NCBI RefSeq assembly: GCF_009914755.1
Contig: NC_060937.1
DNA length: 64,000 nt
Reading direction: 5' to 3' (one strand)
Source of the DNA: the human T2T-CHM13v2.0 reference genome, Homo sapiens
This document shows positions 25,191 through 36,265 of the stretch, piece by piece (the stretch's first letter is position 1; each line of letters opens with the position of its first letter). Position numbers and translations under genes: made by a program. The notes under the pieces were generated by a model. The model saw only the letters and a list, made by a program, of their open reading frames with translations. It was not told the DNA's origin and did no database searches.

Positions 25191-26524
25191 TTCCTGGAGG
25201 AAAAAAACAGAGAGGTGGGGGGCAGTGGGTGCAGATGGCAGCTTCCCCTCTTTGACAGCTTGGGGCTAGGCCAGACACTCTCCAAGTCTCACAGCCTCCC
25301 TAGACCTGGTCAGGTGTCCTCTGATTGCAAAGGGTGGGAAGCCTCGGCAAGCTGTGCTGGAGGAACTCGCATTAAGACAAGGCTCCCCAGCATGGAAATC
25401 CCAAGTTCACCCAGAAGTTTCAAAGTTAGGGATGTAGTTCCTTCTCTGTTGTTTTCCTTTCCAAAGAAAGACCCATTTCCAACCATACTCTAAGCCCAGA
25501 GGTGGACTTTTCCTTGTCTCTATTCTTAGTGTTGGCACAAGTTGCTGGCCCAGGGAAGTGCCCAGTGCTCATTGAATCATGACTGGTGGAGGGCATGCTC
25601 AGGCGTTCAGTCCTGGTGAGTTAGGTTCAAGGGCTTCCCTTTCTAAGTGTCTCCTGTTTGAGAGTTACACTCTGTATGGGGGCTACCCTTTGGAATGTAG
25701 CTCTAAGGAACACATAGCTGAGGGTCCCAAAGTAGGCAGTTTTCTAAGGGGCATAGAGATGAGTGTGTGTGATAGTTTTTATCCTCCCTGATATTTTACA
25801 AATTGAATCTCATTTACTTGTGGGAAAATACTATAGAGATTAAATTTCTAATCTAGCCAGCCTGTAATTATTTCTTTTCTTTAGCCAATCACTGATACTT
25901 CAGGCGGCTCCTTCCCAGTCCAGAGTCAGCAGCAAGTATCATTAACTCGCCTTCTAATATTTCTCCTGGATAATAAGACAAACAATCAGGAGATTCCAAG
26001 AGCCTGAACCCTAATCAAAGAATCCGGTCTTCTGGTTCCTCAATATCATCACATGCCCTAGGGCTCTAATTTTCCATGCCTACAAACCTCAAAACTCAAG
26101 TAAAGGCCTCTGATGATTTTCTGTAATGTGATTCCATGTGTTATAGTATTCCCTGCTCAGCTCCCACCTCCAAATGTACACTACATTTAAAGTAAGCCAA
26201 CATGCACAGAGAGACAAGATAACTCACCATCTTGATAGTCGAAACTTTATCATTTACCTGAGTTTCCTCCTCCTCACCCATGTCATCCAGAAAACTGAAA
26301 ATGGTCCAGGCACAAATTAATGAAACAGGTGGATGGGAGGCATGAGGTGGTCATGGTGGCTGTGGTGACCTGGCGGGAGTATGCGCTCCCCAAAGGAGGC
26401 AGGTTCCATTTAGACACATCCAGTTTATTCCAGGTGATAACATAGGCAAAGGGCTGGCAAGTGTTCTCATTCTTCAGGAGAAGCTGCAAATATGAATGAG
26501 ATCTCCAGATTTAAAAGATGTTGG

Positions 26525-27051
26525 TGTTATAGACCGCCTATCTTTCCTTCCTTCCTTCCTTCTTTCCTCCCTTCCCTTCCCTTCCCTTTCTTTCCCTTTC
26601 CTTTCCTGCCTCCCTCCCTCCCTCTTCCCCCCCTCTTTCACTCCTTATTTCCTTGTTCTACAAATATTGTTTATGTACTCCCCAAAATTCATATATTGAG
26701 GCCCTAACCCCTCTACCATGTGATGATAATGGAGATGGGATCTTTGAGAGGTAATGATGGTTAGATTAGATCATGCAGGTTGGGCCCTCATGGTGGGATT
26801 AGTGGCCTTATAAGAGGAAGAGAGAGAGATCTTTTGCTCGCCTCGCATACATTCACTGAGGAAAGGCCATGTGAGGACATAGTGAGAAATTGGCGACTAC
26901 AGCGCAGGAGTGAGCCCTCACCAGGACCTGAATTCACTGGCACTTTGATCTTGGACTTTTCAGCCTTGAGAACTGGGAGAAAACACATTTCTGTTGCTTA
27001 AGCCACCTGGTCTATTGTATTTTATTAGAGCAGCTCGAGAAGACTAACACA
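26525..27051 (+). mobile_element. MLT1A-like MaLR solo LTR carrying a ~130-bp foreign insert near its 5' end
   Basis: tgttatagac[insert]tgtttatgtactccccaaaattcatatattgaggccctaaccc...gactaacaca; near-perfect 5-bp TSD gttgg (26520-26524) / gttga (27052-27056). Confidence 0.85.
26541..26655. repeat. (TTCC/TTCCC)n polypyrimidine tract, copy 1
   Basis: Read directly. Confidence 0.9.
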
Positions 27052-27305
27052 GTTGATCATGAGTGCTGGACAACAAATTATATCCTTAGATCAGATGATT
27101 GCTGACCATTTGCCTGCTTTGTTGTAAAAAGGGCATTAAAAAATGAAATTAGGGATGGACGAGTGGGTACAAAAGGGAGAAGGAATTAACACAATTTTGA
27201 GGTATCAGCAGGTAGGTAGGGCTGGTTGGTTGTTTTCTAAACAGCTGTGCTCGAAGTAATATTTTAGCAAGATAGGGGCTTTGGAGCCCGCTTGGGAAGG
27301 CTCAG

Positions 27306-27422
27306 TTTCCTTCCTTCCTTCCCTTCCCTTCCCTTCCTTTCCCTTTCCCTTCCTTCCTTTCCTTTCCTTTCTTTCTTTCCTCCCTCCTTCTTTCCCCCCT
27401 CTCTCTCACTCCTTATTTCCTT
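27306..27422. repeat. (TTCC/TTCCC)n polypyrimidine tract, copy 2
   Basis: Read directly. Confidence 0.9.
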
Positions 27423-27560
27423 GTCCTACAAATATTTATGGTGCACTCCCTCCCTAAGCACCTCCACCCCCCCAACCCCTGACCAACTGCACTAGGCCCC
27501 TGAGAATACAAAGGAGCAAATGACTTGGTCTTTGTGTTTCAGGAGCTTTAGGTTCCCTAG
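27405..27560 (-). mobile_element. L2 3'-end fragment
   Basis: caaatatttatggtgcact...gcactaggcccctgagaataca...caggagctttaggttccctag matches reverse-complement L2 tail. Confidence 0.6.
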
Positions 27561-28969
27561 AGCTCTGATTTGTCTAAGTGGAGCTGTGAAAGGAGGGCAA
27601 GTTTTCCGGGCCATCATTTCTGCACCCTTGTCCCCTGGGAGTTGACATAGAACTAGTGGCTGCTCTGATTCAGAGTCAAGTGAGAGGAGGTGCTTGAATG
27701 CTGCTCTCCTGTATCAACATCCCCCTCCTAATTTAGATCAGAATTGATTCTTTGGTTGTGGGCAGCATGGCAGAGGGGAGAAGGTTCAGAGAGGCTGCAT
27801 TACTCAATCGCTTTCCTTCGGGCAGGTTGGATTGTGATTGCCATGAAGTGAAAACATCCATAACCCTGAGTGGTCATGGGTTTGAGCATGTGTAGCCACT
27901 GCTCCTATAACTTGGCTGCTGGTGGCTGGTGGTAACCAGGACAAAGAGAGAAGAGACTCTTATGTTAGAGAAATGTAGTGTTTATAATAAAATAAACCTT
28001 ATAGCATTTCTAAAAAAAGTATTCAGGCAAGTAAATGACAGTCAATAAACCATCTGCTAGTGAGGTCCACCCAAAGCCCATTCATGTATTTACTCAGTAA
28101 CCTATCATTGTGGAGGGCATTGGATTAGGAGCTGTGGATATTGGTGATTAAGCTGCAGGTCTTGCTTGGTCTGGCAATTGAAAAACTGATTTTTCCAAAT
28201 ACTGTATCTGCATATCTTGGCTTCATGAAGATAAGGACCTGTGGCTGCAAAGGTCTAGGGGGTAGAGCAGAGGGCTTCTGGCATTTAATCTCTGTTAAAA
28301 ATACTTTTCAAAATCATTTTACCAGCATATCAAAGCTGTAAAATATATTAAGTTAAATGAGAAAAAAAATCAGAGATGTAACTGTTAAAATCTAGAGTAT
28401 TTTAGTTGAAAGACTGGGACATGAAAAGTAAATTTTCAACTTGAGAACACTTTGTCTCAGGGAGGTTTAAAAAAAACACCTTAAAAATAACAAGAGCTTC
28501 AAAGCAAGTGTTTTTATCACTGGCAAGGCAGGTGGTCCCACGTTTATTGTATGCAGGGTTCAGGGAAGCTTAAACTTAAAATTTTTAATGATTTTTTAAA
28601 GTTCAGCTAAAAGACATTATTCTGGGATAGAAAAAAGTCTATTTATTCCACTCTAGGTACTCCGAAGCAGGGTATGGATTCTGCTTTCATCTTCCAATGC
28701 AAGCCTGTTTCCACAGGGTTGAGATCTGGCATGGACAATTTCAGCCTGAAACGATTACTTTTGGAAATTTGCAGTGAGTGGAAACAGTCATGTAGAGCTG
28801 TGGATCTTGCTACCTGGATCAATAACTTCTTCTAGTTAAGCTTCTTGCCAAGGAAAAGCAAGGAATATCAAATTTCATAGACCTAATGAACCACTGGAAA
28901 CTGCTTGCACCCATGTGTGCAAGGATCGCTTTTTATGATTTATACAAACCAAAGCACTCATTGGAATAA

Positions 28970-29120
28970 GAATAATAGCTAACGTTTATTTATCATTTAT
29001 TATCCTGGCCACTGTGCCAAGTATTTATATACAGTGAGTTATTTAATCCCTGCAACAACCCATGGGTAGGTACTATTATTTTTCCTTCTTTATAGATAAG
29101 AACATTGAGGCACAAAAATG
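28970..29120 (-). mobile_element. MIR
   Basis: aataatagctaacgtttatt; atttaatccctgcaacaaccc; gtaggtactattatt. Confidence 0.75.
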
Positions 29121-29614
29121 CTAAATTACAGAGTGGGATCAATGTGTTGCTCGCTTAGAAAATGAGTCAAGTTCCATATGTGTGAGTAAATGTGAACATT
29201 CCCACTTCCTTGTCACTTGGTTTTCTTTCTCAAGTTTGGTGTGTTTGCTCTGTGTTCACAGGATATTGTTAACTTCTTAGTCCTTTGAAGAAAAATCAAA
29301 TTTTTTCTTAAGAAGAGACTTTTGAAACTCACAATATGAATTCAAGAAGCAAAAAAGAAAATCGAATTTCACAAATGGGATACCAATAGCTTGGAAAAAT
29401 CCATTGCTTTTGCAGGGTTTGTTATTGAGGGAACCCTGCCTTTCCCAGCATCCTTAACATTTCTTCCTCAAATAAAAGGTAATAAAATGCAACCAACTGA
29501 CTCATTTTCTAAGTGAATGACATATTTACTCTACTCTTTAAGTTTAAACTCTAAGCAATTCCCCAATCCTTAGTTCCCATGAAATGTAATGTTCTCTTCC
29601 TAAAATGTTTGGCC

Positions 29615-29752
29615 AAGTTGGGGAAGGTGGGCATGGCAGTGTGAGCCTGTAGCCAGGTTCCAAGGTTCGCTTGAGGTTAGGAGGTTGAGACTAGCCTGGG
29701 CAATATGGCAAGACTCTGTATCCACAAAAAAAAAAAAAAAAAATTAAAAATT
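29615..29752 (+). mobile_element. FLAM-like Alu monomer with poly(A)
   Basis: cgcttgaggttaggaggttgagactagcctgggcaatatggcaagactctgt followed by an A tail; TSD aaatgtttgg(c/t)c at 29603-29614 and 29753-29764. Confidence 0.8.
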
Positions 29753-31664
29753 AAATGTTTGGTCTTCTACAACCTGGCTTTCCACTTCTCATTCCCAATC
29801 ATGCTCTGGGACCACCTCTTTCCTGTGCTGAGGAAGGCTAAGGAAGCACTGTGTTCTTTGAACACAGTGCTCAATCCATCCTGCATTGATGCCTTTGCTA
29901 TGACAGTTTCCTCTGGTCTCTTCCTCCTCTGAGTCTAGCTTGAGGGCCACTTCCGAACAGCTGCAGAGTTGAGCTGCTCCTCGGTACACTTCACTGTTGA
30001 ACCAACCTGGGCCACAGGTGTTGCAGTGAGGTTGTCTTCAGAGCCTCACCCTACAGGAAGAAAGTCTGTGAAGTTTCTGGCCCTGGCACAAAGCTGCAGA
30101 ATCTTGGTGAATCAAACAACTTCTCCAAGCCTCAAAGAAGGCACTTTAAAAATTGTGAAGCACTAACTGAAGGAGAGGAGAGTGTCAAGGATTCCATCCT
30201 CCACTTACTAGTAGCTGTCTTATTCATTTGGGACTGCCGACCCCCAGATAGCCTTCATCCCTGGAAATGTGCCTCAGATGCATGTCTCTTCACATGCTTG
30301 GGCCTTCCAGAATGTACCAAAAGCCAGGGTTAAACAACGTCAGCTGGATGAACACATTTCAGTGGCAAAGGCTGTTGGAAACTACCACTGTGTTACATTT
30401 CACTTTAAACTCCTCACCTTGAAGTGAAGCTAAGTCAGGCCAGAGAATTGAATGGATTTGCCCTTGGCCACAGTATGAGGTGGTGGAGTAAGCGGAAGGA
30501 GAATGTGGTATGTGTTGCAGGCTGTCAGTATTTGCCAGACTATGGTCTTTTAAAAAATATATACATACATTGCACAAAGAGTTTGGCATTATAAAAAGAA
30601 TCTTTTAAGTACCACAGTCTTTTATCCAGAACATTATTAAGAACTTTTTATTAAAAATTAAGATGCCTCAGAAACCATATAAAATTTTAACAGGCTCTAC
30701 CTTTCCACTTCGCCTTTTCCAGGGCACCTCAGGAGAGGTGGTAGAATTCTCAAACATTTGGAGAGCTCTGCGAGGAACATTCTACTTTGCCAATTTGTCC
30801 CTGTATTGGCCCAGGACAGCCATTTACCACCTTGTTTTTGGTTATTTCAGCTGCTGCTAGGCGTTCTCCTTCAAACACACCTGGATTGCTGTGAGGACAC
30901 TGCCCCACAGGCGGAACACAATGTGTTTCTCAGAGCTGCGGACTGTGGGCTGTAGGCTCCCACAGCCCTGTGTGTGTGAGCCCGTTGGCGCTCACCAGGC
31001 TCTTCTGAAGTTCTCTGGTTTCCTCTGACTTCTCTTCTGGATGGGAACTTAGGTACGGGACCAGTCCCATATATATTCATCAGTGCAGGTCCCTTTGTTC
31101 AACTCAAATGAGCACCACATGGGGTTCCTTCTTTCTGTGGGCCTCAATCCCTTCTGTGCTTGTCTTTTAAACTAATCTGCTCACATGGGGAGAGTCTTAA
31201 AATTTTTCCTGAATGTACCTCTTTTTATCTTCAAGAGACCCTTTGCCATTCTAGGGTGCTGTAATTTGACAAATAAATCCTTGTCCCACTTTCCCCTTCC
31301 CTGGTTTCTCACCTAGATCCTGGCCTTTCGTTCACCTGCCGTCTTTCAGAGTGGAGAGTACTCACCCTTCAGTCTCCTATTCACTGCAGTAACCCAAATT
31401 CCCTTCTCTTGGGTGGTCTCCTTTATCACTTTCGTATTTCTCTAATTCTAATAGCAAGACTTCAGGCCCAGCTTGAGAAAGCATGCATTTTCCTCCTTCA
31501 TGTTCGTACAGTCCATTGGACATCCTTACCATCAGCTCTTGTTGGTTGAAAGATCTGAAAACTTTCAACTGGCCATTTCCTGAGGTTCTCTTTTTTGTTC
31601 ATGGAGAAGCAACTGGAGCCCTTCAGTCTGGGCACAGTCAGGAATTTTCTGGATTGCTGCCATT

Positions 31665-32045
31665 ATTCTTTTATTCAGTAAACATTTGCTGAGTCCCTTC
31701 CATATAAAAGTCAGTATCCCAGGGGCTGGGGATACAAGAACATGACCAAGGCCCTGCCTAAAGGGGCTTGCAGGCTGGTGCGGGAGACACAGTGACACAT
31801 GTTGCCTTCTATTGGATACCAGTGCAATAGGTTGGAGTGGGAGCAGGATGTATGGGATGCTCTGCCCCATGCCAGAGGATGGACCACCTCATTCAGCAAG
31901 GGAAGGGGTGTCAGGGAAAGCTGTCACCAAAAAGCCCTAGTTGAACTGAGCTGCGAATCACAATGAGTCATTCGCCAGGCAAAGTCAGCCAGGGCATTCC
32001 TGGTGGAGGCAGCCACACAGGCAAAGGTTCAGAAGTGTGCAAGGG
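31665..32045 (-). mobile_element. L2 3' fragment
   Basis: ttattcagtaaacatttgctgag; gctggggatacaag; tcagggaaagct; gggcattcctggtggagg. Confidence 0.65.
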
Positions 32046-34316
32046 GGTTGACTATGTCCATTCTTTTTATGAATGTTGTCAAAGCTTCAGTAATCTTGCC
32101 CCTGTGCGTTTCTTGTCTGCCCTGCAGGCAGAATGAACTGTGAGTGGGTTATCAGGAAAGGTCAAAGACTGCATGGCTGGTGTGAGGGGCTGTGGGGCTG
32201 GGCCAGGGAAGCGGGAGGGAAGGGTGAGTCACTTGAAAGTTTTGTGTGCTGAGACATGGCTCTTAAAGGAGTTCTGGGGTTTTTGCAGAGGAGAAAGTGC
32301 TTAAAGGCAGATTATGCAGCCAACAGTGAGCCAGTAAATGGTTTCACTGGGGCCTATATTGGGACATTTTGGCAGCCTTCTTTATTGGGTTTGGGGCTCT
32401 CTGGCTATCAGATACCTTTCTGTTCTCTCCTTGTGAATGCCCGTGAGGGGTTTAGGGTAAAAATGTGGAGCTTTTAAGCATCTTAATGTGATTTCAATTG
32501 CATTTTAATTTTTAATAAAATGTTGAATAAAGTTCTGCTCAAAGAGCCACAGGGATGAGAAGATTCTACTTAATAGGGAGCGTAGTATTTTCATACTGGG
32601 AGATAGATGGGTTTAACAAGACCCTGGTACATCTCTTTCAAGTAAGTGCAATAAATGGTTCTGTTGGAATGGGAAAGAAGGGAGGTGCATACATACATGC
32701 ATATATCTTATTTTTCTGTATAGCCAGTAATTCCACTCTTTGGAAGTAACCGCCGAGCTTTTGGCATCTTTGACTAATACCCTCCTCATATGATAGCTAC
32801 ACTGCTCCAAAGACGGTACAGACATCTGAGCCAAACATTTTTTCTGTTTTGTTTGCAAGAAATGGAACTGACAGATATACCTGTCTGTTTTGTTTCCAAG
32901 AAAATGTCTTGTTAGAAATGTGTGAAAATGTATTATATGACAGTTGCTGAAAATGTTTCAGATGCAGCAATAAACTGATTGTGGTTTTTGGACCAGATGT
33001 GCACCATGTTTAGAATTTATTGTACTTCTCTGTATTCTAGCCCAGTGCTTAAGTAAATAGAGAGAAGTGCTTTGCTTTTCAGTGAGACTTCTTATGTGGG
33101 TGAATGGCATTTTCCTCCATTTCATGATGGGAAATTATAGGAATCATGCAAATTGGAAATAGTCACTCACCTCACACCCATTGTGTAGCGGAGAAGACTC
33201 AAACTAAGGGCCTGTTGTCTTTGTCCTGACTCCTGAGGTTAAGGAGAAGACTTAGCCTGCAAACGTCTATAGCTTAACTGTGCCGCATTTTCTGACTCAC
33301 TTAGAAACTAAAGAAATGCACTTAATGTCGATTGTAGTATTTTAAATCCCTGCCTTTTGATCTGATGCATTGTAGAACCTAGTCAGAACTCGATTAGTTA
33401 AAAAGGCAGGAGACTTTTTCATGCATACCCCTGTGGGACTCCAGGCAGCCTTTGCCAAAGGTGTTAGACATTTGTTTTTCTATGTGTGCTCAGTAAAATA
33501 GGCTTCTAAGCATAGAAATGATCTGCGTGTTGTGATTGATCTGCTTTTTTACGCTATCTCATGTTCCATTTCACTTCTAGAGGCACATTGATTTGAATAG
33601 TTAAAGATTTGTCTCATTTTCTTGCCAAGGAGGATTATGTTTCCAGCTTTTTGTTAATTCTGGGCATTTTAACCACTGCTTCTGATAACATCCTGCTTTA
33701 CTGTGCTAGGCATTCCTTGGACCCAGGACTGGGGTAAGACATGGTCCTGCTGTCAGGGAAGCAGTAAGATAGTTCATGAAGGGCATGAAGTCCAGGTGCT
33801 TCACACGGGAGACCTCGTTTAATGCTCATAGAAACGTTAGATTTTGCAAGGGGTGAGGGTGTTAATTTCTTTATTTAAAACAAAATAAAACTGAGCATCT
33901 TGTAGCTCAGAGATGAGGATCCAGAACTAATAGCTGCTTGACTACAGAGCTCATGCCCTCCCTCCAGCTCACTGCTTGACTGGTTGCATAGTCAAGACAT
34001 AACAATGAACATAAGGCTAGAAATTTTTGGAATAAAGGCTAACATAGGCACTAGAGCATTAAAATACATTGTGTGTTAGAGAAGGGTCATTGTGTACATG
34101 TAGTCAGTGAAGGAAGGCTTTATGGAGGAGAACTGAGCTGTGTTTGGAAGCCTGAAGATGAGGATAGAAATCACAGGCATGAAGCCACCAAGGAGGACAA
34201 GCTTGCAGGGTTGACAACTACACCAGATTGCCAGGGGGCCGACCTGGAGAGTCGGGGAGAGGGGAATAGGAAAGAAGGGGAAGGTGGAGGGCAGGCTGTT
34301 TAGAGCTCCATGAGAA

Positions 34317-34320
<4 letters not shown>

Positions 34321-34359
<39 letters not shown>
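34321..34359. repeat. (TG)19 microsatellite
   Basis: Perfect repeat read directly; probably polymorphic. Confidence 0.97.
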
Positions 34360-34360
<1 letters not shown>

Positions 34361-35839
34361 ACATGTATGTCAGAGGAGGGTTTACAATGTGGAGGAAACA
34401 TACCATTTAACTAAAAATCAAAATGTTTGGGGGATATACGATGCTGAAATTTCCCATTGTAGCCAGAAAAAGTGGTGTTTTAATAATGAGAATGTCATGT
34501 TTCTTTTCCTATGAGGGAATAAAATAAGTCAGCCTCTTTGCTGAGTTGGAAGTGGCTGAGTTGTTGGCAAAGTGAACGAATTCCCTTTGAGTCTCCGTGA
34601 TAAAAGGAGGCAACAGGGGAGGGGAGATGGGGCAGGTAGAGGAGGACCAGTGTGCAGACCACCACAGCCCCACCGTTTGTCTGATTATCTGAAAGTGCTT
34701 GGAAACTAGGAAGCAGATAAAAACTTATTAAAGAAAAGAAAATCCAGAGAAAAAACCTGGGGAGCCCAGGGAGCATGCAGGGCGGCTCTAAACTGGGATT
34801 TGGGATGGGGTTATCTTTTTTCCCAGAGTACAGCTTTTCAAACGTTTCCAACAAATATTCACTTATGCTACCAGGGACAGTAGCATAAAGTATGAAGGGA
34901 TGAAATATAGTTTCCTTGCTTTTTTCCTTTTTGCTTATAGGGAGATAGCTAGCAACATTTAATCCAATTTTAAAAACACATTGTAGAAATTAACGACGTG
35001 ATTTTGTAATGGAGCAGAAAAAGAAAACCTCTAAGATGGAGTGAGCGACTTAGGGATCCCTATGTAGTCATCACAGATGCCTGTCTATTGATAGGAATCC
35101 TGTTTCAAACATGGAATTTAAATTTAAGAGAAAGGTGCACACCAAATTGATGCCTGGTTTTTCTGGTGGCTTGAAAGAAAGTAATGGAGTTTTTAAAAAT
35201 GTGTGAACAATTGATATGAAATGCTCAATGTGTATACAATCATTTATGTGGCAGGCAATGCACTGCATGCTGGAGCTAAAAGAGAAAGGCCGGGGGCTTT
35301 CCATCTATTGAGGGAGGCAGAGAAAAGAGTGATACAAAGGGATTGGTGCTACAATATGCAACAAGAGGTGGGAATGTTAAAAAGGATTGATTTACTAAGA
35401 CTGGAAAAATCAGGGAAGGCATTATGGAGAAGATGACATTTGAGTGGGTTTTGCAGTATAGATAAGAGTGCAGATGGAGGAGAGAGAAGTGAAATAAAGG
35501 AGAATGGCAAGGGGCATTGTAAGTGGAAAGACATACAAGGAAAAACTTAAACATGTTAAAGTTTACCTTCTACTTGGGGAAAAGACCACAGGTCCCCTTT
35601 TCAGATTCCCTAAAACTAGTATTTCCCTAAACTAGATTGGGAAATACCACTGTCACTTTGAAGAACCACTGAGGTTTTTTTTTTCTTTTGCTAGGAGTGG
35701 GGTTTAATCTGGACTGAATTGGAGGAAAGGAACTGGCACCAGAGTGGAGGCTGGAAGGATGGTGGAACTGACACTGGGACAGAACACAGAAAACAGAATC
35801 TAATGCTAGTAAGTTCTTTGTTATAGAACTTAACTTTGT

Positions 35840-36265
35840 GTTGTAACCCCTGTCTCCTCCACTGGCCTACAATGCAAGTTTCTTGCCTTAGTCATCTTTG
35901 CATCTCTGTGCCCAACACAGTAGGTGTATTAGTCCATTTTCATGCTGCTGATAAAGAAAAACCCAAGGCTGTGAAATTTACAAAAGAAAGAGTTTTATTG
36001 GACTTACAGTTCCATGTGGCTGGGGAGGCCTCACAATCATGGTGGAAGGTGAAAGGCACATCTCACATGGCGGCAGACAAGAGAAGAACTTGTACAGGGA
36101 AACACCTCTTTTAAAACTATCAGATCTCATGAGACTTATTCACTATCACAAGAACAGCACACTGGGTCCCTCCCACAACACGTGGGAATTCAAGATGAGA
36201 TGTGGCTGGGGACACAGCCAAATCATATCAGTAGGTTCTTAATAAATCTCTGTTGAATGAATCAA
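35840..36265 (+). mobile_element. L2 3' tail split by THE1
   Basis: Rejoins as tctctgtgcccaacacagtagg|ttcttaataaatctctgttgaatgaat. Confidence 0.6.
35925..36230 (-). mobile_element. THE1A/B MaLR solo LTR with an internal deletion
   Basis: tgtattagtccattttcatgctgctgataaag...gacacagccaaatcatatca; perfect TSD GTAGG at 35920-35924 and 36231-36235. Confidence 0.92.

Noticed and set aside
29145-29160. tgctcgctt resembling the U6 snRNA 5' end
   Set aside because: Only about 9 nt match; no continuation.
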